A stretch of 64,000 bases of DNA from Alphaproteobacteria bacterium (GCA_015062485.1 SUUO01000003.1:28026-92025), one strand, 5' to 3'. Counted from the stretch's first letter, positions 47,489-58,643 are shown. Notes: generated from the letters alone by a model not told the origin. Program-made: numbers and translations.

Positions 47489-47941
47489 ATGGCAGGCAGC
47501 ATAAATAAAGTTATCCTGGTCGGCAATATCGGCCAAGAACCCCAGGTCCGCACAATGAACAGCGGTCAAAAGGTGGTCAGTTTTTCATTAGCCACATCTG
47601 AACGTTGGCGTGATCGCGCCAGTGGCGAACAGAAAGAACAAACCGAATGGCATCGTGTTGTAATCTTTAACCCAAATCTGGTAGAGGTTGCCGAACGTAT
47701 GTTGCAAAAAGGCACAAAATTGTACCTGGAAGGATCCTTGAAAACACGCAAATGGCAAAATCAACAGGGTGTTGACGTTTACACGACAGAGGTTGTCTTG
47801 AACCCATTCGCGGGTCAAATGGTAATCCTGTCGGGTGCCAAGGCAATGGGTGACGGTGACTTTGGTGGCGGCGCCCCCGCGGCCCCGGCCCCACGCGAAG
47901 AAATCTCTGTGGCCGACATCGGCGACGATATTCCATTTTAA
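47489..47941 (+). CDS. ssb: single-stranded DNA-binding protein
   Basis: [17 protein letters not shown]..., TEWHRVVIF, and a C-terminal DDIPF tail. Confidence 0.96.
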   Translation: MAGSINKVILVGNIGQEPQVRTMNSGQKVVSFSLATSERWRDRASGEQKEQTEWHRVVIFNPNLVEVAERMLQKGTKLYLEGSLKTRKWQNQQGVDVYTTEVVLNPFAGQMVILSGAKAMGDGDFGGGAPAAPAPREEISVADIGDDIPF

Positions 47942-47957
47942 GTTTTGATAACTTAAA

Positions 47958-47987
47958 CAAAAAAATCCCCCATTTGGGGGATTTTTT
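47958..47987. terminator. bidirectional intrinsic terminator
   Basis: A8-ATCCCCC attt GGGGGAT-T6 between ssb and 47986..48912. Confidence 0.85.
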
Positions 47988-48912
47988 AATCAATAGTGTA
48001 ATGACACATTCCACCGCCCGATATATATGTACCATATTCATCTTTAAATGTACCAGATTCCCCACCGCCAACATCAACATAACAATCGGTTGGATTTATT
48101 GCACCGGGTGCACTGGTCGCATTTTCCGGCGAAACATCGTGATCACCCGGTAATGCATTGCACGCCATATTACCACCAGAAACAGTCATCGTTTCCACAT
48201 CCACCCTAACTTTGATTCCACCTGGGCAATAATCACCAGGTACACATTGCTCTTCCAATAGTTCCCCCGTATTCGTATCAATAGTTACATAATATCCAGA
48301 ATTAGAATATCCATAACAATCGCTTATCTCTGTGCGCGCACCATCAGAATGTATCAAAATTGGATGAAGCTCGTCGCACGGCACCACAATCCCATACATA
48401 TAAATATAACCATCTGGCAGACCTCCTGAAAAATCTGCACAAACATTCAATGCTTCGTCCATTGTTTCAAACCACATTCCGTTTTCAAATTCATCCTCTG
48501 TCGCGGGGATCCGTACAAGCACATAACCTTCATTACATTCCCCCATTGCTCTAAAACCAATAATCTGGCCATTAGTATCAAAATACGTAACAACATAATA
48601 GTTTCCTTTCTCGTCATAAAAATAACGAGACAAAGTAAGATCTTGACACTGTTCCAAACTTGTTAGCCCATTATTCACAAAGACATCACACGCGAATTGC
48701 CCATAATCAACATCACAAGAATCTTGATATTGCGTATTATCCTCGGGACACGGCTTGCATTCTGTTGCATCAGGCACATCATTATACGTATGTCCCGGAC
48801 ACGGCTCACACACACCAGACGACGTAACATAATAACCAACACCACATATTTCGGCATATCCTGGTGCGGTAAAAGCAAATAATAATAAAACCGTAAAACA
48901 AATCTTTTTCAT
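47986..48912 (-). CDS. secreted Cys-rich protein with ephrin-receptor-like Cys repeats and S-type C-terminal motif
   Basis: Signal peptide MKKICFTVLLLFAFTAPGYA. CGVGYYVTSSGVCEPCPGHTYNDVPDATECKPCPEDN. C-terminal GTFKDEYGTYISGGGMCHY. Confidence 0.8.
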   Translation of the reverse strand: MKKICFTVLLLFAFTAPGYAEICGVGYYVTSSGVCEPCPGHTYNDVPDATECKPCPEDNTQYQDSCDVDYGQFACDVFVNNGLTSLEQCQDLTLSRYFYDEKGNYYVVTYFDTNGQIIGFRAMGECNEGYVLVRIPATEDEFENGMWFETMDEALNVCADFSGGLPDGYIYMYGIVVPCDELHPILIHSDGARTEISDCYGYSNSGYYVTIDTNTGELLEEQCVPGDYCPGGIKVRVDVETMTVSGGNMACNALPGDHDVSPENATSAPGAINPTDCYVDVGGGESGTFKDEYGTYISGGGMCHYTID

Positions 48913-49226
48913 TTTTGTCTTTCTCCTGTTTGTTATAAAAAACAAAACCACCGCGCATAAACGAAGTGGTCAGGAGGTTCAGAACAATCAAGAAGAATTG
49001 TGTGCTTATTCAATATATTCGCAACCCTCCTGACACCTATGTGTTCAGGAGTTTTTATTTATCGTTTGGAAAGTACACGAAAAAACACGCCACCGGCGTG
49101 CCGGATTTCGATTCCAAACGCTTCTTGCACGGGTTCTGACACCCCATTATGGCAAAACCACCATAACATACTAATTATAACCGATTGTTTCCATTTGCGC
49201 AAATACTTATAGAAATAAAAGTTTAT
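48913..49226 (-). promoter_or_regulatory. leader module copy 6
   Basis: Read on - strand: -35 TTGCGC (49197-49202), 17-nt spacer, -10 TATAAT (49174-49179). A/T motif 49209-49226. Key 7-mers 48979-48985 (tCAGAac) and 49133-49139 (gtTCTGa). T1 hairpin CACGCC ggt GGCGTG + U6 at 49080-49100. Confidence 0.8.
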
Positions 49227-49268
49227 CCTAGTGCTTCTACTCTACACTAACCACTTACACTAATCACT

Positions 49269-49298
49269 AAAAAACCCGCCGGATGGCGGGATTTTTTT
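49269..49298 (-). terminator. intrinsic terminator after autotransporter gene
   Basis: CCCGCC ggat GGCGGG with flanking A5/T7 runs. Confidence 0.85.
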
Positions 49299-52200
49299 AG
49301 AACCTATACGATCCAGAAACCTTGATATTATGCAACTGCATATCATTATTGTACTGATATCTGTAATCAATACCAAATTGCAGGCCATTTGCAGACAAGA
49401 ATTCAAATCCACCACCAATATTTGCCCACAATGGATCGATTTCTATGTCATATTCGCTGAACACGTTGGCCGATGCAAATTTATATTTCGCAAAATCTGG
49501 CGCACCCAACACATCATATTCAACACCAATTGTCGCATATGGTCTAATCTGGAACCAAGCCGACGGATAAATACGTTTCTGGGCGGTCAAAGAATACCCC
49601 GGCGTCAACATCAAATATCCATCGGATTCAAAATCCATATAATTTTCACCGGCGGCCTTTTCCGTCACATCAAAGCCAAAGTTATAACCCGCGCGCGCAT
49701 ACAAGTTACCAACGACATACTGATTTAACCAATCGTGCATCAGGCCCCATTCCGTCGTCAATGCAAACGCAGTACCCGTTCCATCAATCGTATCCATAAA
49801 TGTCATATGGCGCGTTGTATCAATAAAGTGCATATCCATAAACGCATTACCATACAGGCGGAACTTATGCCCCAACGTCTTCATCAAATATGCCCCCAGG
49901 CCAACATTCGTATCCGCCACATCCACAGATACATTGCCGACAATATTCTGGCCCGGTAAATAGCCCAAATCCATATCATCCGCGTTATCTGATGACATAT
50001 GCGACACACGTCCCGTCAGCCCCAGAATCAATGTATCAGATGACTGCCAATCAAAACCACCCGACAATTCAAAGCGATTACCATACACACGCTTGTCATC
50101 GGTGACATTCTGGCTAAACATACCGAAATCAAAATCCGCCCAGGCTTTCTTTAAATTCCGGTTACGATTCCAGATAAATTCATCAAACATTCTGTCTTCG
50201 AAATTACGGAACGATGTATGTTCATTCAACGCGATTGCGCCCGCAATTTGTTCAATTTCACGTGGCTGAACCAGGCGACTGAACGGCACAAACGCAGCAC
50301 CATTTGCCGTTTCAACGTAATGTTCCATACGGTTGTAAAGTTCCGTCATCAGCGTTTCAACATTTGTACCCTCAAAAATCGCCGGTATAACTTCTATTGG
50401 TGATTTATTAAAGAATCCCATATTCAACAACTGCCCCGCGATAAGGTTATCCAGTGCACCGGCGGCGACATATTCGCCCGCGGTGTATTCTGGCTGGCGT
50501 GCGACAATTGGCTGAATCCGATTATCTTCAATCAAAACCGGCCCACCAAAGCGCGGATCAAACACGACGTAAAGGCTGTCTGCGGCACCACTGTTATCTG
50601 TATCACGCGTTGTGATATAAGCCCCCAAATTGTCCGGATTTAGCGCAACGCACGTCGTATTACCCGCATTACAGAACAACACATTCAAATTACGGATTTT
50701 TTCAATATCACTAAATTCAGATAACCCCTGCTCTGCCTTTAATAACCATATCGCCGTTTCCGCGGATACATTGGACACATCCGTAAAACGCAATCCAATT
50801 TGGCCATCGGCCAAAACATCCGAATTCAGCGCCAACGCACTATATTCCGTCCCAGACATAAACTTGCCATTAACCTGAATCAACGCCGCACCATCGGTCG
50901 CATTTGTAATTTGCCCCAATGTCGCATCATTATTCAAACTGACCGACGACCAATAATTGCGCGTGGTCGAATTAAGGCCCGGCGTTACATTATATGGTAA
51001 TATCGCCGCCAATAACTGACTGTTTGCATCAAATATATAATCACCATCAACCGCCATTTGTTCCAGATTCCAAATCTTGGTTCCGCCAGAGATATTTCCA
51101 TTAACCTCTAAATCCAACCAATTTGTATCCGGATTTGCGGCAATTGTTAAATCCGTCGCATTTATATCGCCATTAACCGTAACATCACTGCTTAAAATCT
51201 GCATAGCGCCAGATGTCTGATTGATTCCCGCGACCGTAACATTCGATGCCGTAATCGTATAATCATCGGCGGTGATTCCGATATCATTATCACGCAAAGT
51301 TCCCGTATAATTCTGATATAAATTGCCGTCCGTTGTTAATTCAGAATCCAATGTCCAGCCCGCGCCATATAACTGAATTGTGCCGCCATCCACAACCAAT
51401 CCAGCCATATCAACAATGTCATCCCCCGAATCCAGGGACACAGAGCCACTATTGCTAAGTGTCGCCATTGTGATGCCGTGCGCGGCATCCAATACCAATG
51501 CACCACTGTTTATAATATTATCAAATGATACTGCATCCGAACTGTCTAACTTGAACGCGGCATAATTGCGGAAAGTATACAAATTATCCACGTCCCCACT
51601 AATGTTATTAAATGTTTCACCAATGAAATTAACCGTCGCCAGTGATACAGATGTGCCAACCGTCATATCGCCATCAATTGTAATATCCCCAGAAATATCA
51701 TACGTTCCAACATTCGAATCGGCAACGAATCCACCGGCGGTCAATCCCGTGGAACTAAATACAACCTCGTCCGACAGTATGTTTAACATCCCCGTCTTGC
51801 CCGTTCCCTGGTTCAAGACGCCCGCAACATTAACCGCGCCACCAAATGTTGCCCCATTCAAAGCATTTAAATTAAATGTACCACCGGTAATATCCATACC
51901 ATATTGCACATCCAACAGATTCGCATCTATATCCGTCAATGCACCCGCAGATTCAATCGCCGTCGCATAAACATCGCCAACCGCATCGATATCTAATTCA
52001 TACGCGGTCGCACCATTTTTCAAAATACCAATATTGATATCATCCCCAGAATTTAAAATAACATACCCATTATTTGTGACATCGGCCAAATCAATCCCGG
52101 CGGCCTTAATATCAAGCCACCCCGCAACAGTCATATCATCAACGATATCAACGTCACCGACCGCGTCTATATCCAAATATCCATTTGGCGCAACCGCCCC

Positions 52201-54627
52201 AGTAATTTGAATATTACGTCCAGAATTCAAATTCAAACGATTACTTTGCCCCAAATTAATCCCACCAAAGATATCTATATCCTTGTCCGTCGCCTGGGAC
52301 ACCAATGAAAACTCAGACGTTCCACCAACAATCAGTCCCCGATTCGCATCATCGGTATCATCAAATGTGATACCACTTTGAATCGATACCCCACCCGTGG
52401 CAACATCCACATTAACCGCATTAACCGTATTAGAATCATTACCATAGACATAAATTGTCCCATTATCCTCGGTCAGGGAATCCACCGACACATCCGTACT
52501 GTGAATTTCAACAGTACCACCTTCCGACGCCAACAAATCCCCACCAATTGTCAAATCGGCCGTTCCCGCCGCATCATTGACAAGGGACAATGGCGTTGGA
52601 AGCGGCCGCCCCTGAAAAACAATGCGATTGGCCGCGCCAGTCGCCGTAACATCACCACCAATATTGAATGATGTTGCCATAAAATTCAACGTACGCGCCG
52701 TTGTCCCCGCGGTGGTTGCCAAAACATCACCACCAACATTTACCGCACCATTTACATCAAATTGGAAGCCCATCGGTCCATATGCCGTTACATAAATATC
52801 CCCATCACCGGTGGTCGCACCTGTGGCGTTTGCCACAACATCACCGCCCACATTCATCACATATCCGTTATTATCGGCCGGTCCACCAACTGTCAAACTG
52901 TGCGTACCAGAACCAATATTTAAAACACCACCGGTAACATTTAATGTACCCGTACCAAATGTATTTTCATCAACCATACTCTGTGCGATATCAATTCCCA
53001 ACAAGCCATTCAGATACGCCGTACCCCCGGCAACATTCACACCGCCCAGTTTAATAGAACTGCCCTGAAAATCAGAACCATCGATTGTTAAATCACTATA
53101 ATTATTTGTAACATTGCCAACAATATTTATCTGACGGCCCGATATGTCTATATCACTGATGATATTCTGATTATTTCCATCAGTAATATCGCCATTAACC
53201 GTCACCAGGCCCGTTGTACCACTGGTGGCCAAGACATCCAATGTTCCACCATTTCCAACAATACCACCGACAGCAACCTGTTGCCCCTGTAATGTCATTG
53301 TACCGCTTGCCACAACATTACCCTCAACATTAACCGCACCCGATGCAATTAAATTTGTCGTTGCACTCGCCGCATCGACCACACCACTTGCGACCAAATT
53401 AGTTGTGGCCCCCAATGCCTCCAACCGCATTGTACCGGCATTATTTTTTACATTTCCAACCGTCAACCCATTCGCCGCCAAATACATATTCGCATTTGCG
53501 TTTAATGTACCATTGCTAACATCACCCGTTGAAAACGCCGAACTATCAACAACTACATCAAAGTTATTTAGATTATTCGCAAAGAATGCCGATGTATTCC
53601 CGCCCAGAACCAAGCTTCCCGTCGTTAACGAGAACGCATTGCCCCAGTCATCTTCGCTATCCACCACCAGATTAAATCCATTTGCCAGGTTCGTTTCACC
53701 CGCCACATCAATTGTTAAAATCCCCCCATTTACAAACGACGCATTATTCGCATCCCCACCATTAACCGTCAATGAATTGGCATTAACGACCATCTGACCG
53801 GCATCATTTTTCATTGTGCCATCAACAACAATATCCGCATCCGATGCATTAATCCTCATCAAGTTACCAGAATTTTCAACATTCCCCGTCGCGTTCAAGT
53901 TGCCGGCAACACCAATATCAAGTGTACCCGCCCCAGTATGAGATATATCTCCAACCTTAATATTTGTTGCGGCAATATCGATTTCTGCGCCCCCGCCCCA
54001 GATATTATTCAACTGTGCAATATTCAATGTATTCGTCGCATTCAGCACAACGGCACTGCCCGTATCTACCGTAACCGCCCCAACATTAATATTATTTGCC
54101 TGTACAGACAACGCACCCGACGTATCAATTGCCCCCGCCAGGAATTCACCATCCGTATTTGTTGTTCCCACAACAAAATTATTAACATCCGTTACGTTAA
54201 ATGTACCCGTATTGTTAATTGTAGACACCGATACATCAAATGTCGCATCATCTGTATAGTTTGAAATATTAAACGTACGCCCACCCGCAATCGTCAATGT
54301 GCCACCAATATCAACATCACCATCAGCCTGTAACGAAAACGTATCAGATACCGCATCACTGATAAACAATGTTCCGCCGGCCTGCTGTGGGATTGGCGTC
54401 ACAAACACACGCATATCACCCGCCACATCCAAAGCCACACCATCGGTCAAGCCGGCCCCATATATCTGCAACGCATTACCAGACTGTACCGCCTTAATCT
54501 CGTCCTCTGATACCGTCACCGTTGTGGCATTAACATTTGGCACATCCGTTACCGGTATATTTTCCGTCGCAGCAAATGCGCCAAACGGCACAAAACCGCA
54601 TATAAAAGCAAGTAATTTCTTTAACAT
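49297..54627 (-). CDS. giant autotransporter (1776 aa): repetitive beta-helical passenger + C-terminal beta-barrel
   Basis: Signal peptide MLKKLLAFICGFVPFGAFA. Long Gly/Asn/Thr/Val-rich degenerate repeats. C-terminal barrel ending ...KVSGSYRF. Confidence 0.9.
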   Translation of the reverse strand: MLKKLLAFICGFVPFGAFAATENIPVTDVPNVNATTVTVSEDEIKAVQSGNALQIYGAGLTDGVALDVAGDMRVFVTPIPQQAGGTLFISDAVSDTFSLQADGDVDIGGTLTIAGGRTFNISNYTDDATFDVSVSTINNTGTFNVTDVNNFVVGTTNTDGEFLAGAIDTSGALSVQANNINVGAVTVDTGSAVVLNATNTLNIAQLNNIWGGGAEIDIAATNIKVGDISHTGAGTLDIGVAGNLNATGNVENSGNLMRINASDADIVVDGTMKNDAGQMVVNANSLTVNGGDANNASFVNGGILTIDVAGETNLANGFNLVVDSEDDWGNAFSLTTGSLVLGGNTSAFFANNLNNFDVVVDSSAFSTGDVSNGTLNANANMYLAANGLTVGNVKNNAGTMRLEALGATTNLVASGVVDAASATTNLIASGAVNVEGNVVASGTMTLQGQQVAVGGIVGNGGTLDVLATSGTTGLVTVNGDITDGNNQNIISDIDISGRQINIVGNVTNNYSDLTIDGSDFQGSSIKLGGVNVAGGTAYLNGLLGIDIAQSMVDENTFGTGTLNVTGGVLNIGSGTHSLTVGGPADNNGYVMNVGGDVVANATGATTGDGDIYVTAYGPMGFQFDVNGAVNVGGDVLATTAGTTARTLNFMATSFNIGGDVTATGAANRIVFQGRPLPTPLSLVNDAAGTADLTIGGDLLASEGGTVEIHSTDVSVDSLTEDNGTIYVYGNDSNTVNAVNVDVATGGVSIQSGITFDDTDDANRGLIVGGTSEFSLVSQATDKDIDIFGGINLGQSNRLNLNSGRNIQITGAVAPNGYLDIDAVGDVDIVDDMTVAGWLDIKAAGIDLADVTNNGYVILNSGDDINIGILKNGATAYELDIDAVGDVYATAIESAGALTDIDANLLDVQYGMDITGGTFNLNALNGATFGGAVNVAGVLNQGTGKTGMLNILSDEVVFSSTGLTAGGFVADSNVGTYDISGDITIDGDMTVGTSVSLATVNFIGETFNNISGDVDNLYTFRNYAAFKLDSSDAVSFDNIINSGALVLDAAHGITMATLSNSGSVSLDSGDDIVDMAGLVVDGGTIQLYGAGWTLDSELTTDGNLYQNYTGTLRDNDIGITADDYTITASNVTVAGINQTSGAMQILSSDVTVNGDINATDLTIAANPDTNWLDLEVNGNISGGTKIWNLEQMAVDGDYIFDANSQLLAAILPYNVTPGLNSTTRNYWSSVSLNNDATLGQITNATDGAALIQVNGKFMSGTEYSALALNSDVLADGQIGLRFTDVSNVSAETAIWLLKAEQGLSEFSDIEKIRNLNVLFCNAGNTTCVALNPDNLGAYITTRDTDNSGAADSLYVVFDPRFGGPVLIEDNRIQPIVARQPEYTAGEYVAAGALDNLIAGQLLNMGFFNKSPIEVIPAIFEGTNVETLMTELYNRMEHYVETANGAAFVPFSRLVQPREIEQIAGAIALNEHTSFRNFEDRMFDEFIWNRNRNLKKAWADFDFGMFSQNVTDDKRVYGNRFELSGGFDWQSSDTLILGLTGRVSHMSSDNADDMDLGYLPGQNIVGNVSVDVADTNVGLGAYLMKTLGHKFRLYGNAFMDMHFIDTTRHMTFMDTIDGTGTAFALTTEWGLMHDWLNQYVVGNLYARAGYNFGFDVTEKAAGENYMDFESDGYLMLTPGYSLTAQKRIYPSAWFQIRPYATIGVEYDVLGAPDFAKYKFASANVFSEYDIEIDPLWANIGGGFEFLSANGLQFGIDYRYQYNNDMQLHNIKVSGSYRF

Positions 54628-54717
54628 ATTATTTTTCTATTTCTTTTTCCCGTATATTTATGATTATATTATTGCACAAATCTAGAAATCAAGGCAACAT
54701 TAAACTGCACATAATAA

Positions 54718-55992
<1,275 letters not shown>

Positions 55993-56057
55993 TCAAGCCG
56001 ACAAATGTATGGGGGGGACACGCAAAAGCGTATCCCCCATTTCTTTATAGAACGACA

Positions 56058-56264
56058 ATGATAAACACGGCGATAATTGTTTTAATTATTAAATATATGG
56101 TGGCAATATCCATATTTATTGGTATTGTATGCGCCCCCGCGTGGTTTGCCCGCCAAACCGACAAAAGCAAACAAGATATGTGTCTGGTACGCCTGGGGTC
56201 GTGGTTATTCGGTTGGTCAATTGTTGGATGGTTTTATGCCCTGGTTATTGGCACAAAAAAATAA
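56058..56264 (+). CDS. small membrane protein, superinfection-immunity (Imm)-like
   Basis: APAWFARQT...LGSWLFGWSIVGWFYALVIG resembles the LP..IA..R...N....GWT..GW..AL motif. No clear RBS. Confidence 0.4.
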   Translation: MINTAIIVLIIKYMVAISIFIGIVCAPAWFARQTDKSKQDMCLVRLGSWLFGWSIVGWFYALVIGTKK

Positions 56265-56316
56265 CCCCGCCCCCCACGCAAACAACTGTTTACGTGGGTG
56301 GGTATCCGACGATTTT

Positions 56317-56586
56317 TTAGGTCAGCGGACACGATGCGGTATATTCATACGTTCCTTTTTCGTCTGTAAAACTCATACCGGCGGGAACATACATCCAACA
56401 CCCATTTGTCGCATTGGTCAAACACGATGTTAGTGTACCGGTCGAAACATAGCCAGCAGAACAGGCATCCGATAAAATAAAATCAGAACGCGTAACCGCG
56501 ACATACCCCGACGGACACGATGTCGACGGCGCCGCAGCGTATGCACACATAGGTATAAACGCAATTATAATTGCTATTTTTTTCAT
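56317..56586 (-). CDS. secreted Cys-rich S-family protein
   Basis: ATG 56586 with RBS AGGGGTG. AAAPSTSCPSGYVAV ... CWMYVPAGMSFTDEKGTYEYTASC. 5 Cys in the mature part. Confidence 0.88.
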   Translation of the reverse strand: MKKIAIIIAFIPMCAYAAAPSTSCPSGYVAVTRSDFILSDACSAGYVSTGTLTSCLTNATNGCWMYVPAGMSFTDEKGTYEYTASCPLT

Positions 56587-56596
56587 CACAACACCC

Positions 56597-57037
56597 CTAA
56601 TACGATAATAAGTTATCTAACATATACACTAAACCATATTGCGCATAATCTGCACTAGTACCGGCTAATCCTTCAAAATCCACACAACGAAAGGCACAAT
56701 TTCCGCTACAATATTGCCCATAATTCCACCCCGTAAACACCCATTTAGACACTGCCGGAGTCAGCAAACGACACCAACAATACCCAACAGGGTTATCACC
56801 GTCATCTTGTTGCAAATTTTCTGCCGTCTCTCCTGTATAATCACCCCCTTGTTTCGAACAAAAATAAGTACCGCGATACGTATCTGTACCACACTTTATG
56901 GTCCAATCAGAATCGTTATAGTCCGTTCCCCCGCTACAACTAGTTTGATTTGTAACATTTTTTACGCATTGGGTTGCGGCATTCGCAGACGCGGCCATTA
57001 TTGCACCGACCGCGGTTAATGTTAAAAGTTTTTTCAT
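56597..57037 (-). CDS. secreted Cys-rich L-family protein
   Basis: RBS AAGGAG. MKKLLTLTAVGAIMAASANA signal peptide. GYCWCRLLTPAVSKWVF ... QYCSGNCAFRC. 9 Cys. ORF 56597..57088 trimmed. Confidence 0.9.
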   Translation of the reverse strand: MKKLLTLTAVGAIMAASANAATQCVKNVTNQTSCSGGTDYNDSDWTIKCGTDTYRGTYFCSKQGGDYTGETAENLQQDDGDNPVGYCWCRLLTPAVSKWVFTGWNYGQYCSGNCAFRCVDFEGLAGTSADYAQYGLVYMLDNLLSY

Positions 57038-57356
57038 TTGTTTACTCCTTTTCTTGTTTTTCGCGAAAAAACAAAAACCACCGCGCAAAACGAAGTGGTC
57101 AGGAGGTTAGTAACAATCTCTAAGTATTGTGTGCTTATTCAATATATTCGCAACCCTCCTGACCAGTAAGATTCAGGAGTTTTTTTATTTAACGTTCGGG
57201 TTCAGATACGAAAAAACACGCCATCGGCGCGCCGGATTTCGCTTCCAAACGCTTAGAGCACGGGTTACTACACCCCATTATGGCAAACCGCCATAACACA
57301 CGTATTATAACCGATTGTTTCCATTTGCGCAATTGCAATGATAAATAAAAGTTTAT
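57038..57356 (-). promoter_or_regulatory. leader module copy 7
   Basis: Read on - strand: -35 TTGCGC (57327-57332), 17-nt spacer, -10 TATAAT (57304-57309). A/T motif 57340-57356. Key 7-mers 57108-57114 (tAGTAac) and 57264-57270 (gtTACTa). Confidence 0.8.
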
Positions 57357-57389
57357 CTAAGTGATTAATAGTATCCGACACTCACCACT

Positions 57390-57416
57390 AAAAAATCCCC
57401 CATTCGGGGGATTTTT
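57390..57416 (-). terminator. intrinsic terminator after carD
   Basis: A6-TCCCCC attc GGGGGA-T5. Confidence 0.85.
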
Positions 57417-57999
57417 AATTATCTTCTTCTATATCTTCTTCATCAACCTCAACCGCGTTCAGATCAATTTCCTTTGGAATGCCCAAGATATCTTCAATCT
57501 TATCAGATGCCGCATCCAAATCCATTTTATGCAAAACGGCAAATTCCTGGGCCATACGTTCCAGGGCGCGCAAATATAACTGACGTGCGGAAAACGTCAT
57601 CGTATCCGCCGCACTGCGTCGTTGCAGATCACGTACAACCTCGGCCAATTTCATTGGATCACCCGAGTTAATATTTTCTTCGTACTGGGCGGCACGTCGT
57701 GCCCAAATCATACGTTTTGCGCCGGCTTTGCCTTTGGCGGACGCGATGGCTTCGTCCATTTGTTTTGCAGATGATAATGGACGCAAGCCCGAAATCTCGG
57801 CCCGTTCCAGTGGCACACGCAACGTCATATGATTACGTTCAAAATCGATTACCATCATTTTTATTTTTTGACCGGCGATTGTTTGTTCTTCTACACGCAC
57901 TAATTTTCCAACACCCTGGGTTGGGTAAACAACATACTGTCCGGCTTTGAAATCTAACTTTTTACTTGGCATTTTTACACTCTTTATCGGTTTTGCCAT
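57415..57999 (-). CDS. carD: CarD/CdnL family transcriptional regulator
   Basis: FKAGQYVVYPTQGVGKLVRVEEQTIAG (Tudor-like RNAP-interacting domain). Acidic C-terminal tail. ORF trimmed to ATG 57999. Confidence 0.88.
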   Translation of the reverse strand: MAKPIKSVKMPSKKLDFKAGQYVVYPTQGVGKLVRVEEQTIAGQKIKMMVIDFERNHMTLRVPLERAEISGLRPLSSAKQMDEAIASAKGKAGAKRMIWARRAAQYEENINSGDPMKLAEVVRDLQRRSAADTMTFSARQLYLRALERMAQEFAVLHKMDLDAASDKIEDILGIPKEIDLNAVEVDEEDIEEDN

Positions 58000-58097
58000 T
58001 CTCTCTGTCTCGGACATTATATCATAAAAAAGCCAAAAAACAAATAACTGAAACAAAAAATAAATAAAAAGCCCCCAAAAGGGGCATTTTATCACAA

Positions 58098-58643
58098 TTA
58101 TCTTATTATACGTCGCGGTGCACTGGTACGACGTATTGCAGAACCACGAACCTGTTCCACGGTCTTTTTCTCTTCACGGCAATCCCAAACGCCATCCGCG
58201 CCCAAGAACGCCGTCTGTCCCGCGGGGCACGTATGCTCTTCCACACGCCACGTAAAACAAGACCCCTTTTGATATGATTGATATGCGCTTTCTGGGTTAT
58301 ACGTGCCACGCACATAGATTCCGTGTTCCGCATCCCAGGTACCCGGCACCTGACCCGCGCACCACTTTCGTTCACCCCAACAGGTCACAGATTTTCCGCC
58401 AACCTCTAATTCATACGCCACGGACGTTGCCTTGTACCCACTGTTTGGGGTGTCGCCCCGCCCCATTGGTTTACCCGTTTCCAAATCAACGCACCATAAT
58501 TTCTGGCATTCGGCCGCATCCAGACCATCTATTTTTTTATGAGATGCCAAGACATAACCCGGCCCACACGTAAATTCCGCCGCGAACGCATCAACGGTAA
58601 ACAAACATAAAATCAGTAAAAACATTCTCTTCATATCAAACAT
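58098..58643 (-). CDS. secreted Cys-rich protein (distinct subtype, CGPGY start)
   Basis: Signal peptide, then AEFTCGPGYVL..., WCVD, CWGERKWC, CPAGQTAF. Terminator GCCCC/GGGGC at 58066-58090. No leader module upstream. Confidence 0.7.
   Translation of the reverse strand: MFDMKRMFLLILCLFTVDAFAAEFTCGPGYVLASHKKIDGLDAAECQKLWCVDLETGKPMGRGDTPNSGYKATSVAYELEVGGKSVTCWGERKWCAGQVPGTWDAEHGIYVRGTYNPESAYQSYQKGSCFTWRVEEHTCPAGQTAFLGADGVWDCREEKKTVEQVRGSAIRRTSAPRRIIR

Noticed and set aside
53225-53797. Many antisense or alternate-frame ORFs inside large genes (for example 1278..1910, 7652..8119, 28707..29018, 51566..51970, 53225..53797, 59226..59696, 61781..62377).
   Set aside because: They are shadow ORFs of well-supported genes (M23, leuS, uvrA, autotransporter, nifJ) and carry no independent signals.
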